Assembly (NCBI GenBank): GCA_024451685.1
Contig: JAMXCW010000002.1
Span: 109,541 to 173,540 of the forward strand
Origin: Candidatus Bathyanammoxibius amoris
GTDB lineage: Bacteria; Planctomycetota; Brocadiia; Brocadiales; Bathyanammoxibiaceae
Reading direction: 5' to 3'
Length of the DNA stretch: 64,000 bases
Made by a program: the position numbers and the translations under genes. Positions 37,399 to 46,612 of this stretch are shown piece by piece; position 1 is the first letter of the stretch; each line of letters begins with the position of its first letter. The notes below the pieces were generated by a model that made no database searches, was not told where the DNA came from, and saw nothing but the letters and a program-made list of their open reading frames with translations.

Positions 37399-38022
37399 CT
37401 ATCTCCCTTTCTTCCTGCACTTTATCAGGCGGCATATGCCCATGACGTTTACGCCCTCTATGTGCTCGATGACAAGGCCGGATTCGGCTATAAGGACCCC
37501 AAAGTCCACGTTCCTCCCCAGCCCCATCGCCTCGCGGATGGGTTGGAACTTTCGTTCGAACCAGGCCACTATACCGTTTGACGCATTAACATAGTTGAGT
37601 ATATAGACCTCGCCGTCGTCCTTACAGACCCTGGCCATCTCCTTCATCACCTTCAAGGGCTCAGGCACCACACTTATCACGTGGGCGGCCACCACCTTGT
37701 CAAACCGCCCGTCCGGGAAATCCAGACTGCCGGCGTCCATCTCGCGAATCTCCACGTTGGAAAGGTTCATGGAGGTCTTTCTCTTTTCGGCCTCTGCCAG
37801 CATCTCCGTGGAGATATCTATACCCACCACCCTGGCGTACTTGGGATAACGCGGGAGTGAGACGCCCGTCCCAACACCCACCTCCAGTATCTCCTGCCCT
37901 GCCTTTATGTCCATAAGCCTGATGGCCGCTAGTCTCCCGGGGGCATAAAGCCTCCCGAAGATGCCGTCGTAAAAGTAGGAGTGAATGGCGTATACGCTCT
38001 TTATCTTGTCTATTTTCATCAA
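37399..38022 (-). CDS. Class I SAM-dependent methyltransferase
   Basis: ILEVGVGTGVSL is motif I. The 207-aa size and layout resemble small lipid/quinone methyltransferases. Confidence 0.75.
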   Translation of the reverse strand: MMKIDKIKSVYAIHSYFYDGIFGRLYAPGRLAAIRLMDIKAGQEILEVGVGTGVSLPRYPKYARVVGIDISTEMLAEAEKRKTSMNLSNVEIREMDAGSLDFPDGRFDKVVAAHVISVVPEPLKVMKEMARVCKDDGEVYILNYVNASNGIVAWFERKFQPIREAMGLGRNVDFGVLIAESGLVIEHIEGVNVMGICRLIKCRKKGR

Positions 38023-38029
38023 ATATTAT

Positions 38030-39556
38030 CTAGTAGTTCACCAGGGCCCTGCATATAGAGTCCTGGACCTTCTTAATCTTTGCGTTAGAGGCCTTAAAGT
38101 CGTTAATGAGAATAGAAAAGGCCAGCCTCTTGCCACTCAGCGTCTCCACGTATCCCGAAAGGGCACTGGCCTTGGAGATATAACCCGTCTTCGCCCTCAC
38201 CCGGCCCTTATAAGGCTCCTTCTTGAGCCGGCGGCCCATGGTGCCGGACGTGCCGGAAACGGACAGCGACGAGTAAAACACGTCGCCTTCACCATGTTTG
38301 TACATGTAGGCGAGTATGTCTACCAGCATGCGGGGGGAGAGCCTGTTGTTCCTTGAAAGGCCTGAACCGTCGGCAATCGTGTACCTGTCGGGAGGGTGTC
38401 CAAGCTCCAGCAAAAATTCTTCCAGCACCTCGCGGCCGGCGGCAAAACTGCCCTCGCCCTTTATCTCCATCCCAAGTGTCTTCAGTATCTGCTCCGCATA
38501 AAAATTCTGGCTCTTTGTATTGGCAACCTTAACGGACTGCGCCATCGTTGAGGCCGTCGAGGCAAGTTCATGTAACTCCCCTGGCGAACTCACGTCCTCC
38601 CCGGCTATCAACCGTACACGGCCGTCTACCCTGATGCCGTTTCGTTCAAGGACCTCCCTGAAGACGCTGGCAAGAAACAGCGGGGGGTCATCGACCGTCA
38701 CAAAGTGTGTCGCGGGCAGGTGCCCGCGCCTGACCTTCCCCTTTACAAATATCTCGTTAGCACCGGGCTTTCTATAAACAATGAAATTCGCGCCCTTCTT
38801 TTTCTTGGTCATGCGGCTTGAATTGTGTACCCTTACGTACCGGGTATTGGGTTCTTTGACAACCCTTACCCCGCCGTCATCGCCGGGCACCATGCGAAGT
38901 TCTATACAGTTATCGTTAAAGGACAGCGCGCTGACCGGTGCGCAGTACCACCTGGTGAGCTGGTTCCGCGGCCAATCGGGGTGGACGTGCTCCCTGTCAA
39001 ACCACGTATCGTCCGCAATGACGTCTCCGCCGATCTCCGTTATGCCGGCCTTGCCCAGCTCCAGGGCCCAATGCTCCAGTACCGCCGTGCTGCGGCCCTC
39101 GTGGAAACGACCCGATATGTTCGGGTCGCCGCCTCCTTTGATGATTAGATCGCCGTTTAACACCCCTCCCTCTGAGACGTCCCCACGGCCGTAGACGGTG
39201 GTCACAAACCGGTATTCGGGTCCCAGGTATTCCAGCGCAGCGGCGGTCGTAAGAAGCTTCATGTTGGACGCCACTATAAAAAGCCTGTCACTGTTGAGGC
39301 TGTAAAGTTCCTTCTCACCGGGGAGGGAAACAACGCAGATACCGACAGACGCGCCTTTCAACGAGGAAGAAGAAGAAGTCAGGACATGCTTGATCTTCTT
39401 CCCCAGGGTCCCGTCATCAGGACCGGCACATAGACGGGCCTCCAGGGCGATAAGGACCAAACATGAGGCAAGAACCAGTTTCAGAAGCCGAAACGCCGCC
39501 CTTTTCTTTGTTCCCTTACATCTTGATGCCACAATCATTCTAAGAGTGGCTGGCAT
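38030..39556 (-). CDS. dacB: D-alanyl-D-alanine carboxypeptidase/endopeptidase (PBP4, peptidase S13)
   Basis: There is a signal peptide, SNMK (SxxK), a DGSGLS region and KTGY (KTG). The 508-aa length fits the family. Confidence 0.88.
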   Translation of the reverse strand: MPATLRMIVASRCKGTKKRAAFRLLKLVLASCLVLIALEARLCAGPDDGTLGKKIKHVLTSSSSSLKGASVGICVVSLPGEKELYSLNSDRLFIVASNMKLLTTAAALEYLGPEYRFVTTVYGRGDVSEGGVLNGDLIIKGGGDPNISGRFHEGRSTAVLEHWALELGKAGITEIGGDVIADDTWFDREHVHPDWPRNQLTRWYCAPVSALSFNDNCIELRMVPGDDGGVRVVKEPNTRYVRVHNSSRMTKKKKGANFIVYRKPGANEIFVKGKVRRGHLPATHFVTVDDPPLFLASVFREVLERNGIRVDGRVRLIAGEDVSSPGELHELASTASTMAQSVKVANTKSQNFYAEQILKTLGMEIKGEGSFAAGREVLEEFLLELGHPPDRYTIADGSGLSRNNRLSPRMLVDILAYMYKHGEGDVFYSSLSVSGTSGTMGRRLKKEPYKGRVRAKTGYISKASALSGYVETLSGKRLAFSILINDFKASNAKIKKVQDSICRALVNY

Positions 39557-39598
39557 GACAGCATGTACGAAGAATAACTAAACTCCCTTTCACCCCCG

Positions 39599-40081
39599 CT
39601 ACCTTTTTTTCGCCTTTTTCTTAACCTTTTTTGTAACTTCCTTCTTGACCTTTTTTTTGACCTTGGGTCGTATTTTTTTGCTGGCCTTTTTCTTTTTCTT
39701 TTTCTTCGGCACCAACGGAGTCTTTACTACACCTTCTATCAGCTTCAGCGACGACTCTTTCTCCAACGGCTGAGTCAGGACCCCATGAGCACCGGATCTC
39801 AACAGGGAAGCCTGGTGGCGTTTGGACCTCTGGGACGTAATCATCACGACCTTGATATCCGGGTCAAGCTCCTTGAGCTTCTTAAGGATATCAAGACCGC
39901 TGACCTCGTGCACTTCCTCGCCTACAACGGCCAGGTCCATCTTTCTCTCTTCGACGATACTAAAGCCCACCGGGACGGCGAGGGCAACCTCCGTCTCATA
40001 ACCATAGAACTCCAGGTTGTCCCTGAGCTCATCCACCGTCTGGCGTTCATCTTCTATTATAAGTATCCGTGTAACGGCCAT
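39599..40081 (-). CDS. Single-domain response regulator (receiver) with lysine-rich C-terminal tail
   Basis: ILIIEDE...DLAVV...KVVMITS fits a CheY-like receiver. The last roughly 40 residues are about 60 percent Lys (KKKKKKKASKKIRPKVKKKVKKEVTKKVKKKAKKR). The start is moved to ATG 40081. Confidence 0.75.
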   Translation of the reverse strand: MAVTRILIIEDERQTVDELRDNLEFYGYETEVALAVPVGFSIVEERKMDLAVVGEEVHEVSGLDILKKLKELDPDIKVVMITSQRSKRHQASLLRSGAHGVLTQPLEKESSLKLIEGVVKTPLVPKKKKKKKASKKIRPKVKKKVKKEVTKKVKKKAKKR

Positions 40082-40314
40082 TTGCCTTAAACGAAGCCCC
40101 CCGGTACCCCCTTTACTTAAGTCTATTCTTCTATAACTTTTCCTCCCATTCGTCCAGCAAATATTTAAAATTTTTTGCCGCGTGTCGCTCCGCTGCCATT
40201 CCAGACACCCACGTAACATTAGTCGGAATAAAAGGTTAGGGTGTTTGGCGGTGGCGCTTTCCTACGTTCTGCCGAATATACATCCACCTTCAATCGAGGT
40301 TTTTTATTCGTTCT

Positions 40315-40887
40315 TCAAAAACTTTCCGATAAAACCTCGAAATATGCCTGAGGATGGGCGCAGGCTATACACACGGACGGTGCCTCCGTGCCCTCGTGGA
40401 CATATCCACATTTTCTGCACCGCCAGGTGACCTTCTTGTCCTTCTTAAAAACGGTTCCGGCCTCCACATTTTGCAGTAAAGCGAGATACCGTTGTTCGTG
40501 ATACTTCTCGACCACGGCAATAGCCTCGAACGCCTTGGCCACGGCCCCGAAGCCCTCCTCTCTGGCAGTCGTGGCGAACGAGGGGTAAAGCGTTTCCCAT
40601 TCCAGGTGTTCACCGCCCGCCGCGGCCTTCAGGTTTTCTGCCGTGGCGCCGGTAACGCCGGCCGGGAACGTGGCCGTTATCTCCACGTCGCCGCCCTTTA
40701 GAAACTTAAAGAACCGGCTCGCGTGAGCCTTCTCATGACCGGCCGTCTCTTCGAATATGTCCGCAATCTGCACAAAGCCATCTTTCACGGCCTTCTTTGC
40801 AAAAAACGTATAACGGTTTCTGGCCTGAGACTCACCGGCAAACGCCCCCAGCAGGTTTTTCTCCGTCTGACTCCCCTTCAGATCCAT
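40315..40887 (-). CDS. rbr: Rubrerythrin
   Basis: The N-terminal diiron four-helix bundle (EKNLLGAFAGESQARNRY, ExxH motifs) is followed by a C-terminal rubredoxin-like CRKCG...CIAC. An AGGAGG RBS precedes ATG 40887. Confidence 0.9.
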   Translation of the reverse strand: MDLKGSQTEKNLLGAFAGESQARNRYTFFAKKAVKDGFVQIADIFEETAGHEKAHASRFFKFLKGGDVEITATFPAGVTGATAENLKAAAGGEHLEWETLYPSFATTAREEGFGAVAKAFEAIAVVEKYHEQRYLALLQNVEAGTVFKKDKKVTWRCRKCGYVHEGTEAPSVCIACAHPQAYFEVLSESF

Positions 40888-41059
40888 ACACTCTCCTCCT
40901 TGCCGAAAAACGTAAACCACTCTTAAAAAAAACCATCCACAAACATCAGTCCCTGGATTATATACATATTGCAGGACATTATAAGAGTTAATTCCCGGTG
41001 TTGACTATTTTTAAAGAAGATTAGCGAAGAAGATTTTTTTGTGTATTTTCTAGTGGGGG

Positions 41060-41109
41060 CCCCATGGCTTTAGCCATGGGGTTAGTTCGCGCAGGGTTAA
41101 AACCCTGCG
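41060..41109. repeat. Two tandem hairpins immediately downstream of the tmRNA 3' end (terminator/hairpin cassette)
   Basis: The hairpins are ccccatgg-cttta-gccatgggg (41060-41081) and cgcaggg-ttaaaa-ccctgcg (41090-41109). Confidence 0.45.
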
Positions 41110-41139
41110 GCACCAGGGCGGGGTTTTTGTGTAAGGGAA

Positions 41140-41496
41140 TGGTGGAGGCGGCGGGAATTGAACCCGCGTCCCAATGCACATCGGTAAAGGTTTCTACATG
41201 CTTAGTCTATCTTTTTAAGAAATCTCGCCGTACTGCGGACCCCGGTAGACAGGGTTCCGCGACAGCCAGCCTGATAATTTTCTCACCCAGTCTCCTCAGG
41301 TAAAAAGTCCGGGCCAGCCTGTTAGCTGTCATCCTTGGGTCCTACAGGCAGGACCCGGAGGAAGGGCTACTTTTATGCAGCCATTGCCATTTGATAATCG
41401 GCACTTGTTGTTTGCGCCAGGTGTTTAATGAGGCCTCCTGACAACCTCAGCATGCTGCCTGTTACCTCCGTAACACGGTCGATTCCATTCGCCCCC
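41140..41496 (-). ncRNA. ssrA: tmRNA (SsrA)
   Basis: On the minus strand the 5' end is GGGGGCGAATGGAATCGAC and the 3' end is GGTTCAATTCCCGCCGCCTCCACCA, a tRNA-Ala-like acceptor with a G3:U pair. An internal tag reading frame, GCG CAA ACA ACA AGT GCC GAT TAT CAA ATG GCA ATG GCT GCA TAA, lies at 41417-41373. smpB is adjacent. Confidence 0.88.
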
Positions 41497-41524
41497 CAAA
41501 AAATTTTACCTCGGAGAAGGGCAA

Positions 41525-41583
41525 CTACGGCGTCGAGCAAGCTCGACCGCTACAAGCGGGGCGCAAGGTGTTGTGCCCCTGCG
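41525..41583. repeat. Hairpin cassette between smpB and ssrA
   Basis: ctacggc[gtcgagcaagctcgac]cgctacaagc[ggggcgcaaggtgttgtgcccc]tgcgg has the same style (a GCTACA motif plus short GC hairpins) as the other cassettes. Confidence 0.45.
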
Positions 41584-41588
41584 GCCCT

Positions 41589-42032
41589 TTAGCGTTTCAT
41601 GGCCCTTTGGATATCGCGCTCGGTCTCGCGCTTTCGGATGGCCTCGCGCTTGTCGTGGACCCGCCTGCCCTTTGCCAGGGCGACCTCCACCTTGGCGATT
41701 CCGCGCCTGTTAAAGTAGAGCGTTACGGGCACCAGCGCGTAGCCCTTCTCGTTCATCTTGCCGATAATCTTGGATATCTCGGTCTTATTGAGAAGGAGCT
41801 TGCGCGGACGCTTCGGCTCGTGGCCCTGGAGACCCGCCTGCTGGTACTGGCCTATGTGGAGGTTATAGAGATACACCTCCCGGCCCCTTACCTGCGCGAA
41901 GGCCTCGTTCAGGCTCGCGTCCTTATTCCTCAGGCTCTTTACTTCGCTACCCTTCAACACAAGCCCGGCCTCGTATTTATCCATCAACTCATACTTGAAA
42001 CGGGCCTGCCTGTTAGTGGCTATTATGTCCAT
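41589..42032 (-). CDS. smpB: SsrA-binding protein SmpB
   Basis: The 147-aa ORF has NRQARFKYEL, GSEVKSLR and a basic C-terminal tail. Confidence 0.93.
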   Translation of the reverse strand: MDIIATNRQARFKYELMDKYEAGLVLKGSEVKSLRNKDASLNEAFAQVRGREVYLYNLHIGQYQQAGLQGHEPKRPRKLLLNKTEISKIIGKMNEKGYALVPVTLYFNRRGIAKVEVALAKGRRVHDKREAIRKRETERDIQRAMKR

Positions 42033-42132
42033 TTCTACCGCTTGTTGAAGGGTTTACATAAATAAGATAGCACTTTTGGCGGCGTAACGCAACCTCATAA
42101 ATCAACGGGATTGCACCTGTTGGAAGGCACCG

Positions 42133-45100
42133 TCACGCCTTAACGAGCTTGACCCTGGTGCTGAAGAACGCGGAACTGCCGCCTATGGGGTCGGTGAGGC
42201 AAACGTCCTTAAGATACGGGTCTAGGCGCATGACGGCGTTCGGGCACAGCCCCTTCGTGCGGCGCTCATCTCCCTTCACGACCTCTCCGTCAATTACCGT
42301 ATCCGCCGCTCCGTATGCCCAGTGGCCGAAGTGCCAGCTGACGTTGACCACGCCCGGCTTCAGGCCCTCGGTCAGCTTGACCTTGCCCTCAGTGTACTTC
42401 TTCTGCCCCGCCGGTCCTATATGCCACGCGCCGCTCGTGTTTGTCGCAGACACAATGCGCACCACGTCTCCAGCCTTTACCCCAATTGCCTCCGCGTCCA
42501 CGGGGTTAAGCTCGACGTGGTTCTCGGGCCAGATCTGGCTCAGCCAGTAGTCGTTGGGCAGCGTCCTGGACTGCCCGCCCAGAATGCCCTTATACGTAAT
42601 CAGCGTGAACGGATATATCTCATCCCCGATCTTCCCGCCGTCACACGCCGTCGAGGGTGCATGTCCGGGCGTTCCTGAAAAATATTCACCGGTCATTGAA
42701 TCCCTGCCATTGGCCACGGGTTCCACGTAAAGGTTAACATGGCTGGAGAAGGTGTGGGCCAGCCTGTTACCCTTATACGCCCCGTCAAAGTTTTGAAACC
42801 TCCCTCCCCGCGATAGTATATACGCCACCATCTTCCAGTATTTCGCGCCAACCGTCCGTTCCCACCGTTTCACATCGAACACGCTCCCCGGCAGGTGGCG
42901 GAGTGACTTTTCATACGACTCAATTTCGGCGGGGTTTGCCTCCGGGACCTTATCCTTTTGCTTATCACCCCACGCAACGTTTGCCACCATGCGGAGATAA
43001 TAGTCCTCAAAATGTTCAAACGGCTCTCTCTGCCTGAACCCGTTCTCGCCGTAACCGGGAAGACCCATCTTCTCGGCTATCTTGAGCATTACCGTCTCCA
43101 TGCATATGGGCATATCCCTGTCAAACACCTCAACCGTCTCTGGGATGGGGGCCACGGCGGGCTGGCGGAGCTTGCTGGTCTTTGTCTGTACGTCGGGCGT
43201 TACGTGCGGCAGGCCCCATCGCTCCCATATACTGGTATCCGGAAATACGTAATCGGCAAACACGGTGGAGTCGCCTATTACTATATCGGTGCTTATAAGG
43301 AGCGGGACCTTTTCCAAGTTCCGCAGTGCCGCGAGCTGGCTGTTGGCCCCGGGGGTGGACAGACCCGGAGTGGCCATGTGCATCCAGACCACCTTTGCGC
43401 CGTACGGATACTGACTCACGGCCGAGGGCAGGACCTCCTGGTACACGTTGCTGGTAAACGGATACCACGGCCGTTTTGCCGGGTAGCCGGCAAAGAGCGT
43501 GGATTTTTCGTATGAAGACTCCTCGCGTGTCAGTTTGTGGCCGAAGGGGTGAATCTTTCCCGGATGCAGCGCCTTTTTGAGCGGGAACGGTTGACCTGTC
43601 TTATCTCCGGCCTCATGCCAGTGGCCGCCGCCCTTGCCGAGACCGCCCTTCCAGTCCAGGTTCCCGATGAGCACGTTGAGCGCTATAATCGCCTGTGCAT
43701 TGTAATACCCGTTCGTATGCTGAACGGCCCCCCTGTAAAACTCCGCCGCGGCCTTCTTACCGTGAGACGTGAACTCGCGCGCGACCTCAAAAATGTCTTC
43801 CTTTTTTATGTGGGTAATTGCGGCGTATTCGTCGAAGGTCCTGCTGAACGCGGATTCCTTCAGCAACTGGAGGGCCGTCTTGACGGCTACACCTTTTACC
43901 ATACCGTCCACAAACAGGTCGCCGAAGACGGGCTCGTTGTTCGAGTCGATTTCCATGGCCTCCGGCACGCCGCCGGAAAGCGCGACAAACTCGTTTTCCT
44001 TGCCGATGCCTATTTCCAAGGCCCGCAGGTATTTGGTCGGACGTCCGTCCTCAATCTTAACGAGCAAGCTCGCGGTACTCCATGAGGTCTCGCCGCTGTC
44101 AACCGCCGCCTTGCGGGTGGTATTTCGGAGGAAATTTTTGTCGTACCGGTCATTTTCAATAATCCAGCGAACCATCGCCAGCGCCAGCGCCCCGTCCGTG
44201 CCGGGTTTTATGGGCAGCCACTTCCATGCCTTGGCCGCGCCATTACTGAAGCGCGGGTCTACCACTACCGTCTTGAGCCGTCCGGAAATAATACCGGCCG
44301 TGACCTTCCTCGCGGCAGGCGGGGGGCCAAAACCCGCCTCAAGCCCGCCGGTGGTGCCGAAGTAGATAATGAATTCACTGTTCAGGGTGTCCGGCTTCAT
44401 GTGGGTCTTGCCGCCCTTCCACTTTCCAGCCTTGAATTTGCCGGTCATCTGCTTGTAGGCTATGTGGTGGGACTGCTCGCATATGGACGTGTGCTCGTAC
44501 CAGTTTATCGAACCAAAGCTCTGGCGCAGCCACCTCTGGCTGAACTCCTTTCTGCCGTGCTCGATGCGTCCCGCCAAAAACACAAACTGGTTGTTCCTGG
44601 GCCCAAGGTCAGGGTGTTCAGGGTCTATAAGGGTGTCCAGGTGTTCCTTATGTCTCTTCTTATACCCCGCGACAGACAACTCTCCGGAGGCCACCCTCAT
44701 GGCGTCCGCCGCCATCCACAAGGAAGTCTGGCCGTCCTTCAGGGCGAAAAGGTCTTTTAGTCCCGGAACGGCCCTCTCTTCTTCTCCCTCTACCTGTTCA
44801 AAAAGTTTGCCGCCGTTAACGATTTCGTCTATCGCCTGCTCAAAATCTATGGTGACCCATTTGTTCTCTCCCCGTCGTCCAGCACGCTTCAGCACCTTGC
44901 GTATCCTGTACGGGTCATAAAGGGACTGAATCCCGGCCTGGCCCTTCGGGCAGATATAGCCGTCCAGTTGACCTACGGCGAGGGGACTGTTCTCATACGG
45001 AATATGCGGCAGCATTGACTGGGGTGAGTAGGGATTCCCGTTTATGTTGACCAGTATGCCGTCTATTACGCTCACCTTTATCGGGCAAGCCGTGTGACAC

Positions 45101-45303
45101 TGCAGACAGGTTGAATAGACGATGTTCTCAGGCTTCGCCATCGGGTATCCCTGCGCGGTCCCAAGCCACGACCATGAGGCGTGCGCGGTCTCCACCCTGG
45201 CCGCCTGGTAGGCCAGAAGGGCACCCGTACCCAGCAAGGCTCCCGCCTTAATAAAATCCCGGCGATTAAACCTGTTGACGTCACTTTTGGAAGTTTTCTT
45301 CAT
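42133..45303 (-). CDS. Tat-exported molybdopterin oxidoreductase catalytic subunit, tetrathionate reductase TtrA-like
   Basis: The Tat signal is NRRDFIKAGALLGTGALLA...AHA. The N-terminal FeS motif is CLQCHTACPIKV...CPKGQAG. The stretch GNPYSPQS...SLYDPYRIRKVLKRAGRRGENKWVTIDFEQAIDEIVNGGKLF parallels Salmonella TtrA as I recall it. The ATG at 45303 overlaps the upstream stop (ATGA). Confidence 0.85.
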   Translation of the reverse strand: MKKTSKSDVNRFNRRDFIKAGALLGTGALLAYQAARVETAHASWSWLGTAQGYPMAKPENIVYSTCLQCHTACPIKVSVIDGILVNINGNPYSPQSMLPHIPYENSPLAVGQLDGYICPKGQAGIQSLYDPYRIRKVLKRAGRRGENKWVTIDFEQAIDEIVNGGKLFEQVEGEEERAVPGLKDLFALKDGQTSLWMAADAMRVASGELSVAGYKKRHKEHLDTLIDPEHPDLGPRNNQFVFLAGRIEHGRKEFSQRWLRQSFGSINWYEHTSICEQSHHIAYKQMTGKFKAGKWKGGKTHMKPDTLNSEFIIYFGTTGGLEAGFGPPPAARKVTAGIISGRLKTVVVDPRFSNGAAKAWKWLPIKPGTDGALALAMVRWIIENDRYDKNFLRNTTRKAAVDSGETSWSTASLLVKIEDGRPTKYLRALEIGIGKENEFVALSGGVPEAMEIDSNNEPVFGDLFVDGMVKGVAVKTALQLLKESAFSRTFDEYAAITHIKKEDIFEVAREFTSHGKKAAAEFYRGAVQHTNGYYNAQAIIALNVLIGNLDWKGGLGKGGGHWHEAGDKTGQPFPLKKALHPGKIHPFGHKLTREESSYEKSTLFAGYPAKRPWYPFTSNVYQEVLPSAVSQYPYGAKVVWMHMATPGLSTPGANSQLAALRNLEKVPLLISTDIVIGDSTVFADYVFPDTSIWERWGLPHVTPDVQTKTSKLRQPAVAPIPETVEVFDRDMPICMETVMLKIAEKMGLPGYGENGFRQREPFEHFEDYYLRMVANVAWGDKQKDKVPEANPAEIESYEKSLRHLPGSVFDVKRWERTVGAKYWKMVAYILSRGGRFQNFDGAYKGNRLAHTFSSHVNLYVEPVANGRDSMTGEYFSGTPGHAPSTACDGGKIGDEIYPFTLITYKGILGGQSRTLPNDYWLSQIWPENHVELNPVDAEAIGVKAGDVVRIVSATNTSGAWHIGPAGQKKYTEGKVKLTEGLKPGVVNVSWHFGHWAYGAADTVIDGEVVKGDERRTKGLCPNAVMRLDPYLKDVCLTDPIGGSSAFFSTRVKLVKA

Positions 45304-46289
45304 TTCAGATTCATACCCGTATGGCAGGGCGTACACGAACTAAGACCCGGCAGCACGTCAGGCACTTCCGTGGCGATATAGACCACATTAGGGTCCGTAC
45401 CGAGAACGTCCTTCATTTTAGCCACCTGATGCGCGCGCATTAGTTCCGACACAAGGCTGTTGGTGTCGTTTCCATCCCCAAAATACATGGCCCCGCCTAT
45501 ACACGTGGTAACACACGCGGGAAGCATCCCGTTTCTCAGCCGGTGGAGGCAGAAGTCACACTTTCTCGGCTTCCCGACAAGGTCCTCGCGCTTTTCGGGA
45601 GACCCATACTGATAGTTATCCACCTCTTCATACGGCTGGGGGGGAGCGTCCGTACCTTCGACACCCCCAACACCTTGTGTAAAATAAGACCCGTCGTCAT
45701 AAAATATAGTATTCTCGTACGGGCAGGCTTCTATGACCGCGTCCACCTCCGCCTTGTCCCTGAACTTTTTGAGGTTAACCGTAACGATGCCGTCGGGCCG
45801 CTTCTCCAGCCCTCCCTCCGGCGCGGCCTCGACACAGGGCGGGTTATTACACTGCATACAGTTACTCGGCATGAAGGTCCTGGTGACGTCGGGGAAGGTT
45901 CCATACTCCGCAGTAAAGACCTTTCGCAGGGTCACACCCGGAGGTGAAACGTTTTCTGAGATGCAGGCCACCTCGCAGGCGTAGCAGCCGATACACTGGT
46001 TTACATTTATGACCATCTTCCACCGCAGGTCTTCGATAGGTCTCTTGATGGCATATCTGAGGTCATCGTACATCCGCGTCAGCGTGCCCTGGCCCGGCGG
46101 AACGTTTTTCGGGAGAAGCAACTCCGGTGCGGCGACCTTCGGGTTCCCCGCCTCCCCGGTTTTCTTAGGGGTCTTGAACGCGGTTTTCTTCTTCTCAATG
46201 CACCCGCCCAGCACTCCCAGGGACATGCCCGCGATGCCGGCCTTCAAGAAGTCCCTGCGGCCTAATTTGTTTGTCTTTTTACCACGCAT
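45300..46289 (-). CDS. Tat-exported 4x[4Fe-4S] ferredoxin-type subunit (TtrB/PsrB-like), possible lipoprotein
   Basis: The Tat motif GRRDFLKAG is followed by the h-region AGMSLGVLGG and a Cys (lipobox-like LGGC). The Cys clusters are CIGCYACEVAC, CMQCNNPPC and CDFCLHR...CVTTC. Confidence 0.85.
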   Translation of the reverse strand: MRGKKTNKLGRRDFLKAGIAGMSLGVLGGCIEKKKTAFKTPKKTGEAGNPKVAAPELLLPKNVPPGQGTLTRMYDDLRYAIKRPIEDLRWKMVINVNQCIGCYACEVACISENVSPPGVTLRKVFTAEYGTFPDVTRTFMPSNCMQCNNPPCVEAAPEGGLEKRPDGIVTVNLKKFRDKAEVDAVIEACPYENTIFYDDGSYFTQGVGGVEGTDAPPQPYEEVDNYQYGSPEKREDLVGKPRKCDFCLHRLRNGMLPACVTTCIGGAMYFGDGNDTNSLVSELMRAHQVAKMKDVLGTDPNVVYIATEVPDVLPGLSSCTPCHTGMNLK

Positions 46290-46462
46290 ATATTTTCAGA
46301 CTTCTTAGTGTCGTTAGACAGAAGAAACGTAATATATCTATAAACGCACCATACATTTAACTTACAAATCATACCATCACCGCATTCAAAAATCAAATTC
46401 GTCAAACATTTTTAATTCTTTGTTTGACTACGCTTACGTCACTGCCTAAAATCTCACTTGAT

Positions 46463-46549
46463 GCCGAAGTGGCGGAACTGGCAGACGCGCTAGGTTCAGG
46501 ACCTAGTGGACGCAAGTCCATCGGGGTTCGACTCCCCGCTTCGGCACCA
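46463..46549 (+). tRNA. tRNA-Leu (anticodon CAG), type II, CCA encoded
   Basis: The acceptor stem is GCCGAAG/CTTCGGC. The anticodon stem-loop is CTAGG-TTCAGGA-CCTAG. The variable arm is TGGACGCAAGTCCAT and the T arm is CGGGG-TTCGACT-CCCCG. Confidence 0.9.
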
Positions 46550-46612
46550 ATAACAGCCGTGCGTTGAAGGCGGGGGGCTTCCAGCCGGGAGGATAAAAAG
46601 AAAAACAACGTT

